64,000 nt of DNA, taken from the NCBI GenBank assembly GCA_041664365.1, contig JBAYKW010000006.1:7286-71285 (forward strand). Reading direction: 5' to 3'. The notes beneath the pieces are model-generated. The model searched no databases and was not told where the DNA came from. It saw only the letters and a program-made list of their open reading frames with translations. The stretch comes from Patescibacteria group bacterium. Lineage in GTDB: Bacteria; Patescibacteriota; Patescibacteriia; UM-FILTER-42-10. A program made the translations under genes and the position numbers. Numbering within the stretch: the stretch's first letter is position 1; each line of letters opens with the position of its first letter. This document shows, piece by piece, positions 54,144-62,776 of this stretch.

Positions 54144-55119
54144 TATCTAGTTGTTCTAACCGTGAACGATCTATATAAACACTTCCATTAACATTTCTTC
54201 CCGTTTCAAATATTACCGGAATTTTTTCAGGGATATTGTCGGGGTCTGTGCCAATGTCCAAATAAATAGATTCTGCCGGTTGGATATATCCGCCTAAATC
54301 ATCGGAATCCATTTTATCAATACCGTATATTTCCTCGCCATCTGGTTTAACGAGTATGCCGGCATCTTTTAACAGTGACTCGGCAAACATCCCGTGGGTA
54401 GTAATATTAATTACCACATCTTTTTTTAGTGGGGTATCTTTTCTTTTTTTTGAGTACCGGGCTAATAATTTTTCTTTACTGACCAGTTGATGAGACAAAC
54501 CGGCGGCCATTTTTTTTACGGCATCAGGATTATCTAGCACACTTTCAAAACCAATTTTTTGATGTTTTTGTCTGATCGGTGCAATTTGCTTTTGAATTTC
54601 TTTTGGTAGTTTTTCTATATCTACCATGAGTTCACCATTGGAATTGGCTTTGGTTAAAGTACCGCTTGTGTCTTCGTTCAAAACGGAGTTTATTAACTGT
54701 GCCAATTCCGGGTATTCTGCATTAATTTCATCTAAAGTAGCTTCTTCAATCATTAACTTAGCATCTTTAATAACTGACGGATCAAGCACGTCATACTGAA
54801 TCCCTTTAACCATCCTGGTTTTATAACGCTCTCCGGTCGCAGGAGATTTAACATCAGCTTCTATGCCGATATTTTCCGCCGTTTCGTATGTCCTACCGCT
54901 GGGATGATCGCTGGCGTAAGATTTTAATACCTCAACGTCTTTTAATGCTTCTCCTTTAGCTTTCGCGTGGGCGACACCCTCCGGGCTCAATTCGCCGGAA
55001 GGCATCCGTTCAGCGTGCCTTGTAATCATAATGTAATAGCGAGGTATTTTTTCAACTTCAATATTCGCGGACATTTCCGTTTGTGGTAGTCCTGAAAAGG
55101 TATCTGGTGATTTGTTCAT
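54106..55119 (-). CDS. Hypothetical protein, possible histidine-phosphatase-like N-terminal domain
   Basis: IMITRHAER resembles the RHG(E) phosphohistidine motif. Weak; no other motifs recognised. Confidence 0.35.
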   Translation of the reverse strand: MNKSPDTFSGLPQTEMSANIEVEKIPRYYIMITRHAERMPSGELSPEGVAHAKAKGEALKDVEVLKSYASDHPSGRTYETAENIGIEADVKSPATGERYKTRMVKGIQYDVLDPSVIKDAKLMIEEATLDEINAEYPELAQLINSVLNEDTSGTLTKANSNGELMVDIEKLPKEIQKQIAPIRQKHQKIGFESVLDNPDAVKKMAAGLSHQLVSKEKLLARYSKKRKDTPLKKDVVINITTHGMFAESLLKDAGILVKPDGEEIYGIDKMDSDDLGGYIQPAESIYLDIGTDPDNIPEKIPVIFETGRNVNGSVYIDRSRLEQLDIDFGANEITKQE

Positions 55120-55279
55120 ATATTTAGTATAAATTTATTTTACCATTCTAGTTTCTATTTGAATCATCTCTCTAATCATACCTCCAAATTACCCGAATAA
55201 TCAATAGATCATACAGTGTTCAAGGCTGGTTTTGGTATATAAAAAAACCGCCATATTTCATGACGGGGAAGTCGTGGGA

Positions 55280-55600
55280 CTAGATGCCCCAGGGACGATA
55301 GATGGGGGAGGATGGAAATGAACGTTTGTTGTTGAAACGATCTCCCGGGGAAGGGGGTGTGACCCTGTGTTCGTGCGGCTGGGGCGCGGGGTTTGCGTCC
55401 TTGCCGCAGGCGTTGGGGGATTCGCGGATGATTTCCGCACCGTACTTGTCGTAGAGCACGCCGTGATCCCAATGCCACGGCGTCGGATGCTTCGCGACGA
55501 AGGTGGGCGAATTGGCCCACTTGCGGCGGAAGTTCTTCCGCCGACGCTGTGCCTGCCGGTCGCGAAGCAGTTCGGCATTGGGGTTTTTGCGTCTGGGCAT
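55280..55600 (-). CDS. Hypothetical Arg/Lys-rich 106-aa protein (GC-rich mini-island 6)
   Basis: SD GGAGGGAAG 6 nt upstream of the ATG. Promoter TTGACA-N17-TAGGAT upstream (reverse complement of ~55640-55680). Chosen over the overlapping track ORFs on both strands because of SD and promoter. Confidence 0.45.
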   Translation of the reverse strand: MPRRKNPNAELLRDRQAQRRRKNFRRKWANSPTFVAKHPTPWHWDHGVLYDKYGAEIIRESPNACGKDANPAPQPHEHRVTPPSPGDRFNNKRSFPSSPIYRPWGI

Positions 55601-55726
55601 TTCTCTTCCCTCCGGTTACCGGAAACACAAAAACGACTGGGGAAGGACTTGTTTATCCTAGCTCCGGCTATTTTTCTTGTCAATAAAAAATGCACCAAAC
55701 CACAGGGTCCGATGCGGAGGTACTAT

Positions 55727-55894
55727 TTAGTCTGCATCACGGCGGATGAGACGGCGGAAGGGATTGCCTCTTTTTCGCGGAGGCATGCAGGGGATCGGTG
55801 GACCGCGATAACCATATAGTCGCCGGTAGGCTCGTTCCTCAAACTTGCGAGCAACTATGATGAACCTGCTGGAAGCCACATTGCGCTTTTCCAT
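55727..55894 (-). CDS. Hypothetical 55-aa basic protein (MEKRNVASSRFIIVARKFEERAYRRLYGYRGPP..)
   Basis: SD AAGGAGGG 8 nt upstream of the internal ATG of track ORF 55727..55936. Confidence 0.35.
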   Translation of the reverse strand: MEKRNVASSRFIIVARKFEERAYRRLYGYRGPPIPCMPPRKRGNPFRRLIRRDAD

Positions 55895-56035
55895 TAGCCA
55901 CCCTCCTTTCCGGGAAAAGCTCCAATCCAAAAGCACCGGTATTATCTTATTCCCTATATGTTTTTTGTCAATTATAAGGAACCAGGTTGTTCAGTAAATA
56001 TCGGGATAGTTTTTACTACAGCTTATTGAATGACA

Positions 56036-56114
56036 GCAGAGCAAGCTCTGCGCCTACATTGTATTTTGAATGAAATATTACATTATTTTGGTGTAGGTGG
56101 CGAGCTTGCTCGCC
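56036..56114. repeat. Structured repeat R5, copy 2
   Basis: See 52189-52287. Confidence 0.5.
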
Positions 56115-56240
56115 TGATTATTATTTCCCTACTCATTCATATTTATTAGTTTAATTTCTTGGTTATCTTTAATAATAAAAAATGCACCAAACCACGGGGT
56201 TCGGTGCGGGCGCTGATTCCATGTCAATCAAGTGATGTGT

Positions 56241-56369
56241 CTAGTCGTACCAGTCCGCGCGTGCCTCCCGCGCGTAGGTCTCCCAGCGCATGCGCTCGAA
56301 CCATCTTGCCGCCCCGTTGTAGGCGGGGCATTCCTCATTACAGGATTTCCGACGGCAGTACGGACACAT
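56241..56369 (-). CDS. Hypothetical 42-aa Cys4 zinc-ribbon-like miniprotein (MCPYCRRKSCNEECPAYNG..), not in the ORF track
   Basis: SD GGAGGGAAC 5 nt before the ATG. Promoter TTGACT-N16-TATACT at reverse complement of ~56395-56425. CPYC...C..C motif. Confidence 0.35.
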   Translation of the reverse strand: MCPYCRRKSCNEECPAYNGAARWFERMRWETYAREARADWYD

Positions 56370-56615
56370 GTGGTTCCCTCCAGAGTGATTGAGGTGGATG
56401 GACCAGCTTATCCCAGTATAAGGTAGATAATTATTTAGTCAAATAAAAAAGACCGTCATTACGGACAAGTCCTTTTCTTTATTCGAAAGCACTATCCTTT
56501 AAAACCTATCCTTTGATACCAATGCGGTTTTGATACTGCATCCGGACGCAAAGACTGATCTGCTTCGCTGGAAGTTATGGTGATCGGGTTGTTGCCGAAG
56601 TTTATTCCTATACTA

Positions 56616-56963
56616 TTATTCTTCCATAAGCTCATAAACTCTATCAGCTGCTTTACCGCTGATATGAAATTCTGTATCGCCGACATAGAAAGTAAAGCCT
56701 AGTTTTTCGGGGTCAGAAGTGGGAGATGTTTGGAAATTAGTAATCTCAAAATCTCCTGATTGCAAACTGTCTAGGTCAGCTTTTTTTGGAGCACTAATAT
56801 CGAAATCAAAACCATAATGGTTACTCAATCGTTCCGGGAACATGGCAAATTCTTCAGTGAGAAATTTTGTTATTGCTGATTTAAATCTCTTCTCATGAAC
56901 TTCGTTGGTTTCTTGAGATGGGGTGTCTTGAGATGGGGTGGAACCTACTGAACTTTCTTTCAT
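56616..56963 (-). CDS. Hypothetical protein
   Basis: 115 aa, low GC, Ser/Thr-rich N-terminus. No motifs recognised. Confidence 0.4.
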   Translation of the reverse strand: MKESSVGSTPSQDTPSQETNEVHEKRFKSAITKFLTEEFAMFPERLSNHYGFDFDISAPKKADLDSLQSGDFEITNFQTSPTSDPEKLGFTFYVGDTEFHISGKAADRVYELMEE

Positions 56964-57183
56964 GATAGTACTATTAGATTATTTAATATTTTTTGTATCT
57001 CAGGATAAACTGTCTAAAACAATTTTGGTTATTTCGTACACTGTTATTATGCGAAATTACTCTTTAATTCTACCCCAAATATTCTTTATAATCAAATGCA
57101 TTGCATTGAATTATGAATTAAAAAGTGCACCAAATTGATGCTTGGTTTTTCATTTATTCAAACAAAATTTTGTACAAACTAAT

Positions 57184-57567
57184 CTACAAATTATCATTTA
57201 GGAATTTTTTCAATGACGAAATATCTCTGGTGTCTTTATCGTAATGGTATGTATTAATCCCGATTGATTGAGCGCTTTCTACCGCTTCTTCATTATGCTC
57301 AAAATAAATAACATCTTTTGCATTAAAATTAAAATGTTCCAGCATTGTCTCGTAGTATTTAGGATCGGTTTTTTCCGGATTGTGTTTCAGTGTAAATACT
57401 TCATAGGGCATTTTATCCAGGCCGAATATTTTCATCTGCTCGTCATCGGCGCCGGTTAAAATAATTTTCCTGTTCGGATATTGCTCGAGCAGATCGTGCA
57501 TCGGTTCGTAGATACCCTCGTTCTTAATTACAAACGCATTGACCGCGTCTACTAAGATTGTTTTCAT
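57184..57567 (-). CDS. Hypothetical protein, possibly HAD-like hydrolase fold
   Basis: Weak resemblance only (KIILTGADDE; VIYFEHNEEAVESAQSIGI). Confidence 0.3.
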   Translation of the reverse strand: MKTILVDAVNAFVIKNEGIYEPMHDLLEQYPNRKIILTGADDEQMKIFGLDKMPYEVFTLKHNPEKTDPKYYETMLEHFNFNAKDVIYFEHNEEAVESAQSIGINTYHYDKDTRDISSLKKFLNDNL

Positions 57568-57585
57568 GACTTTTTAGTTTAAAGA

Positions 57586-58158
57586 TTATGTGGTGGCAAT
57601 ATTAGTTGATGATTTAATAGCATTAAATAATTTATTATAGTCAATATCATTAAAATCAGTAGTGTCAATGTCAAATAGTTCACCACCAATATCAATTGAT
57701 TCAATTCTTCCTGTTGATAATATTTTTTTCCATTCCACTAAATTTTGATTATCAATATGTCCAGGATGCCTCTCGCTAGATTCAGAACGTCTTTTAAATC
57801 TGTCAAAAAGTATTTTTCCGTCCGTGATACATCTGATTTGAAATGGAAAAAAATGGTATTCATTTTTTAGCTCTGTTAATTTTTGATTTGCAAATTTTGG
57901 ATCAAAGTTTGTTTCAATAATTAATGAACTATTAGTCTTTAACAGCGATTCAGTAATATAATAAAGTAAATCGTAACTTACGCTACCAATTTTTTTAGAC
58001 CATTTTAGATCAGACCAGCCCAAACTATCAAAAAGTAATTCTTTAATGTCATCTTTACTGATAAAAGGCAAACATAGCTCTTTAGATAATTTTTTGCCCA
58101 AAGTCGTTTTTCCCGTTCCAGGGAGCCCTGTAATTATTATAAGCGTTGTTTTTGGCAT
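57586..58158 (-). CDS. P-loop NTPase / small-molecule kinase-like protein
   Basis: Walker A GLPGTGKTT at the N-terminus. 190 aa. Confidence 0.5.
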   Translation of the reverse strand: MPKTTLIIITGLPGTGKTTLGKKLSKELCLPFISKDDIKELLFDSLGWSDLKWSKKIGSVSYDLLYYITESLLKTNSSLIIETNFDPKFANQKLTELKNEYHFFPFQIRCITDGKILFDRFKRRSESSERHPGHIDNQNLVEWKKILSTGRIESIDIGGELFDIDTTDFNDIDYNKLFNAIKSSTNIATT

Positions 58159-58167
58159 TTTTATAGT

Positions 58168-58650
58168 TTATGCCTTAGTTTTATTATCTATTGCAGAAAT
58201 CAGCCGGGGGATTGACTGATTAATATAATCAACTATTTCAATCATTCTGCCGGGGATTTTTTCATCTGTGCCGGGCGGGGAAATCCGGATGGAAGATTTT
58301 TCATTATTGCACAGTTCATTGAAAAGCGGGGCAGTAACATTAAAATATTTTTTTAAATATTCCTGGTGGTTATCAGCCATCGCGATTACAACATCTCTTT
58401 TATCAAGTAGTCCTTTAGTCACTTGAGTTCTCTTGTGTCCAGATGTATCAATTCCCATTTCCATTAGTTTTTTCAAATGCTCCTGACTAAAAAAACTGGT
58501 ATTGCTGTCTGCGTCTGTTCCGCAGGAAGATACTTCAATATCAAACCGGTTGTTTTTGGACAGCCAGTCTTTCAGCAAGTATTCGGCAATCAGGCTCCGG
58601 CCGAAATTATCACTGCACACAAATAATACTTTTATTGTCTTATCTTTCAT
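58168..58650 (-). CDS. Low-molecular-weight phosphotyrosine phosphatase / ArsC-like protein (paralog 2)
   Basis: P-loop VCSDNFGRS (CX5R variant). N-terminus MKDKTIKVLF identical to the upstream paralog. Confidence 0.6.
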   Translation of the reverse strand: MKDKTIKVLFVCSDNFGRSLIAEYLLKDWLSKNNRFDIEVSSCGTDADSNTSFFSQEHLKKLMEMGIDTSGHKRTQVTKGLLDKRDVVIAMADNHQEYLKKYFNVTAPLFNELCNNEKSSIRISPPGTDEKIPGRMIEIVDYINQSIPRLISAIDNKTKA

Positions 58651-59057
58651 GACGATAGATTATTTTCAACGAGATTTTTTATCTGGTCTCTTATTTTTCG
58701 ATGAAATGCTAAGTCAGTACCCGCTGCATCTTCAATATCCCAAAAAGTCACTTTTCCTGAGCCAAGCAGGTAATCAGGTAGATTTCCCTTTTCATCCATA
58801 ACAATTATTTTATTAGCCACTTTTGCCAGTTCAGGCGTTAATTGCTTTCTGGTTTGTTTTGACAAATCAAATCCAACTTCACGCATTACATCTATTACAT
58901 ATTCATGAATGATTGTACCAGCCCGTTGGCCCACCTGGCTACCGGCATCCATAACGAATAATTCCGGCTTTATTTTTTTCAAAAAAGCGGCGGCCATTTG
59001 ACTCCGGCCGGTATTTGATTTGCAAATGAATAATACTTTTATTGTCTTATCTTTCAT
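58647..59057 (-). CDS. Low-molecular-weight phosphotyrosine phosphatase / ArsC-like protein (paralog 1)
   Basis: P-loop ICKSNTGRSQMA (CX5R(S/T)). 4-nt overlap with the downstream paralog. Confidence 0.65.
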   Translation of the reverse strand: MKDKTIKVLFICKSNTGRSQMAAAFLKKIKPELFVMDAGSQVGQRAGTIIHEYVIDVMREVGFDLSKQTRKQLTPELAKVANKIIVMDEKGNLPDYLLGSGKVTFWDIEDAAGTDLAFHRKIRDQIKNLVENNLSS

Positions 59058-59317
59058 AATTACAAACGTATATATAATGTAATAGTAACATTATAGAATT
59101 ACAGTGGCAATTGAGGAAACAGCTTTTTTTAAAGCTGTTTTCTCTGCATCAGTGGTGTTGTGTGATGTCGAATTTTCTTAAGACAAGATTATTATTTAGG
59201 GGAATTTTTTGGGCTAATCTAGTGGTTGACAAGATTATATACTTATGATACACTACTCCGTTGACCAAAAAAAATGGTCAACTCATCAGGCCCTTGCGTA
59301 AAACAAGAAGGGAAGAA

Positions 59318-59791
59318 ATGGAAAAAACGCTGACTTTCCAAAACAGCTTGTTCTGGAACAAGCTGGGTAAGTACCAGGTGCTAGCGGTTGTTTTGGTCTT
59401 GGCTGTTTTCTTCATCACCTTGCAAGTTGGTGATAAGGAGAGGGCCTTCACCGCCTGCGCCATTGCCGCTTTAGCCTTCACCGTCTTTGCCTTATTTTTC
59501 GCAGGCACCTTTGCGGCATTCGCGGCTTTCAGCAGCGCCGCCTGTGCCCCCTTCATATGCGCCGTCTACTTTGCCGTCTATCCCTGTGCCCCTCTCCTCA
59601 GTGCCGAATTCCGCGCCCGCGGCATCTTCGTCTTCAGCGCTCTCATAGCCTTCGTTTCCTTCATCGCCGACGTCATAGTCTGTGCTGATGGCATGGAGCG
59701 GTATAATGAAGCCAGAAAGGAAGCCGTTTGGCTTTCTTTGATAACGGAGTCAGTAGTCGTTCTTCTTCTTCTCATGTTGCTGGCACACTAG
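59318..59791 (+). CDS. Hypothetical Ala/Phe-rich polytopic membrane protein (GC-rich mini-island 7)
   Basis: Promoter TTGACA-N17-TACACT at ~59226-59254. SD AAGGGAAG before the ATG (MEKTLTFQ..; the track start 59261 is further upstream). Confidence 0.45.
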   Translation: MEKTLTFQNSLFWNKLGKYQVLAVVLVLAVFFITLQVGDKERAFTACAIAALAFTVFALFFAGTFAAFAAFSSAACAPFICAVYFAVYPCAPLLSAEFRARGIFVFSALIAFVSFIADVIVCADGMERYNEARKEAVWLSLITESVVVLLLLMLLAH

Positions 59792-60262
59792 CTGGCAACA
59801 CCCCCAAGAGATCCGGGTCAGAATAGGATCTTTTTTATATATTAAATTTTTTCGCTAAAAGGAAAATTCGATTTTATACAACAGACAAGCGTATGCGACG
59901 TTGGGAGTGAACAGGGTGGTAATACAGCAATGAAGATTATATAAATTCTCTGTTTTTGCGAAGTTTTTTAAGAAATTTGATGACCTAAATCCTTATTTTT
60001 TAATACCCTTATATTTTTTACCTTTTTCTAATTGATTGGCAATCCTCAGATTTTTTGCTAATTCGTTAATCATTTTATTTAAGCTGATCTGAATTTTTTG
60101 TATTGCCTCAATATCCCTTTTTGCCATCTGCAAATAATTTGGTTTTTTTGTAGTCTTTTTCATAGTCACATTGTTAACTGATTAAAATACTAAAATATTT
60201 CTCAAATATTTAATACAAATTACGCTCCAGTTCGGCAATAAATATTTCTAACCTTTTACAAT

Positions 60263-60676
60263 TTATTCGCGTTTATTCAATTCGTCTGCTAAAGCCTGTT
60301 CAAGCTCACCTAATTTCCAAGCGAGTGTTCCGCTAGGATTTTCTTTTGGGTTTGCAGCAGGGTTTTTGAATTCGAAATCGGTGCTTTCTAAAATTCTATC
60401 TATCCTTGCCATCTCAACCGCATCTGTTCTTCTGCCTTGCTCCTGAAAGAATCTAGCCAAGTTCTCTAATATATTCTGTTTAGCAACTGGCCAAGTCGCA
60501 TTAATATCTCTATCATGGAGTACATGAAAAAGTTCTCTAGGCCGCACTCTAAAGAAAAAGAAAACGCTCTTTTTTTCTTGATCTGGCGACTTTGTCTCTT
60601 CCTGCTCTGGCTCTGGAGTATTTTGATCAGGTGGCTTTTGACCGGGTATGACCATACCACTTTCTGATGGGCTCAT
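60263..60676 (-). CDS. Hypothetical protein
   Basis: 137 aa; Pro/Glu-rich N-terminus. No motifs recognised. Confidence 0.35.
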   Translation of the reverse strand: MSPSESGMVIPGQKPPDQNTPEPEQEETKSPDQEKKSVFFFFRVRPRELFHVLHDRDINATWPVAKQNILENLARFFQEQGRRTDAVEMARIDRILESTDFEFKNPAANPKENPSGTLAWKLGELEQALADELNKRE

Positions 60677-60811
60677 AAATTTTTTGTTAATATTAAACTC
60701 ATTTATATTTTATCACAAATAAAGATCAGCTTTCGACGTTTCTAAGATTTTATCTGCTCGAAAACGAATATTTCTCTCATCACTCTTTGATCCGGGCTAG
60801 GATTATAAATT

Positions 60812-61417
60812 TTATGGATTGCGAAGTTTTTGTACCCAATCCAGTCTTTTCCTGGTTTCGTTTTCTTTTTGCGCTTTTTTATCTTCCATTCTTTTTTTAA
60901 TTGTGCCTGGTGTCGGTGCTAATATTCCCAGTGGATCTTTTTTACTGGCACTTAGAGTTTCTATTTCGGTATCAATTCTATTTTCCTCTTTTGTTTTAAT
61001 ATTATCAAGATAAAGAGCAATGCTATCATAATTTGTACCACTATCAAGATTATCAAGTAAAGATTTCAATTCATCAAATTCACGTTGTGTTTTTTGCATT
61101 ACAATTTCAGCGACACCGGGAACTTTAAATTTTTCAGCCAGTTCACTAGTTCCCGGTTGCAAAGTTCTTGGTCTTGGGATTTCCCCCTTTTGCCGAGGTT
61201 TAGTCAATTCAAATGCATCATTTTGTAAATTAATATCCTGTAGTAGGGAGGTTAATTTATCTGTAAGTTCTTGGCGAATTTCAGTTTTTGTTGTTAATGG
61301 CAGTTCAGGAACAACACTTTCAATTTCTGGACTTATTGTTTCTGTAATTTGTGTTTCTTCTTCTGGTGGGGTGTCATGGTTACCAGTATTTGCTCTATTG
61401 AATCCAATTTCTCTCAT
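60812..61417 (-). CDS. Hypothetical protein (coiled-coil-like)
   Basis: 201 aa; charged, helical propensity. No motifs recognised. Confidence 0.35.
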   Translation of the reverse strand: MREIGFNRANTGNHDTPPEEETQITETISPEIESVVPELPLTTKTEIRQELTDKLTSLLQDINLQNDAFELTKPRQKGEIPRPRTLQPGTSELAEKFKVPGVAEIVMQKTQREFDELKSLLDNLDSGTNYDSIALYLDNIKTKEENRIDTEIETLSASKKDPLGILAPTPGTIKKRMEDKKAQKENETRKRLDWVQKLRNP

Positions 61418-61436
61418 AGTTTTTATATTAATAATA

Positions 61437-62684
61437 TTATCTAGCTAGTTCAAACACAAATATTTCCCGCATTACTTTCTGGTCCGGGCGGGAATACAGA
61501 TATCCACCCCGGGAGCTTGCGTCGGTGTACTTTTTTATTTGAAAACCCAGCTTGCTGATTTCTTCCAGGATCGGCAGATAATATTCTTTATTATCTTTCC
61601 TCATCACCGGGAAAATGATTACAATTTTTCCATCCTCTTTGATCAAGTTTCGAAAATTACGGAAGGATTCTATATAGAGTTTCGACAGTTCTTTGATATT
61701 TTCCTCGAGTTGCATTACTGATTCACTGCCCCGAAGCGGTGGTCCAAGGAAAGGTTCGGCTACAATCGCATCTATTTTGGTTTTTAATATTTTTGGCAAT
61801 TCGCGTATGTCGCTTTGGAATACTTGGTAATTTTTTTCGGATAAATTTAATTCCGATGCAACCCATTTTAAATTATTAGTGGTATCGCTGATTGCTCTGG
61901 GGCTGATGTCGGAGCCGATTACTTTTTTTATGCCCAAAAGGAGAGCCTCTTGCAAAATTGTGCCCGATCCGCAGAAAGGATCCAGTAGTATCCCGTCCGG
62001 TTTAATTTGTGACAGGTTCACCATGATTCGGGCGACCTTCGGTGGGAGCATGCCGGAACGCGGGTCGGCGCTCGGCCGGCCGTAATCGAATTTGCCGAAA
62101 GATTTGTAATCCTGTACGGCGATGGTTTTACCGATCAATATTTTGTCTTTTTCAAAAAAGATACAGAGATCTGCTCCGCGCTCGATCAGTTTGTTTTCGC
62201 CGACGATTACCGAGGAAAGTGTCTTGTCTTTGGCCGTCACGAAGCGGGCATTATGACCTTTTCTTTTCAGCCCCATCTTGATCTGAATACCGTTCCTGGT
62301 TACGTCTTTTTCAAAAGAGTTGGAATATGTTCCACCGGTTTTATACAGACTGAAACCGAACGTTATTTTCTGGTCGGTCTGTGGGAGGTATTTGTCGATT
62401 AACCGGTCAACAGTCAAAGTTTTGAAAATTTGTTTATTCCCTTCTGCTTCGTCGATAATTTTTCCGATTTTGATTGTTCCGCCTAAGCGGTCCATCAAAT
62501 CTTTCATCTGAAATCCGTCATCGCCGAATATTTTAAAATCCAAAAAAAGGACATCATCAATCTGGCCAGTGATCCTGTACTCACCGGGCAATGTCGGTAA
62601 TATTGACTCGATCTCCGCCCGTGAAAGACGTGGGGAACGGCCAAGAATAAAGAAATATTTGTGCATATCTGTATTATAGGACAC
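61437..62684 (-). CDS. Class I SAM-dependent RNA methyltransferase (UPF0020/THUMP-associated, putative tRNA/rRNA m2G or m6A MTase)
   Basis: SAM motif I LDPFCGSGTIL. Motif IV-like DAIVAEPFLGPP. N-terminal putative RNA-binding domain. Alternative GTG start at 62684 or ATG at 62666. Confidence 0.6.
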   Translation of the reverse strand: MSYNTDMHKYFFILGRSPRLSRAEIESILPTLPGEYRITGQIDDVLFLDFKIFGDDGFQMKDLMDRLGGTIKIGKIIDEAEGNKQIFKTLTVDRLIDKYLPQTDQKITFGFSLYKTGGTYSNSFEKDVTRNGIQIKMGLKRKGHNARFVTAKDKTLSSVIVGENKLIERGADLCIFFEKDKILIGKTIAVQDYKSFGKFDYGRPSADPRSGMLPPKVARIMVNLSQIKPDGILLDPFCGSGTILQEALLLGIKKVIGSDISPRAISDTTNNLKWVASELNLSEKNYQVFQSDIRELPKILKTKIDAIVAEPFLGPPLRGSESVMQLEENIKELSKLYIESFRNFRNLIKEDGKIVIIFPVMRKDNKEYYLPILEEISKLGFQIKKYTDASSRGGYLYSRPDQKVMREIFVFELAR

Positions 62685-62776
62685 ATGTTGTTAATGGCAA
62701 ACCCCCATATGCTTGACCTTAGATCAAAATGCCTGTATACTGTTATCCATTGATTAAATTTTAATAATATTCCAGT

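Noticed and set aside
55367-55819. Plus-strand 150-aa ORF and other overlapping track ORFs in island 6 (55209..55628-, 55258..55698-, 56159..56392+, 56232..56426+)
   Set aside because: No SD was found. The minus-strand frames 55280..55600, 55727..55894 and 56241..56369 each have a canonical SD and an upstream sigma70-like promoter.
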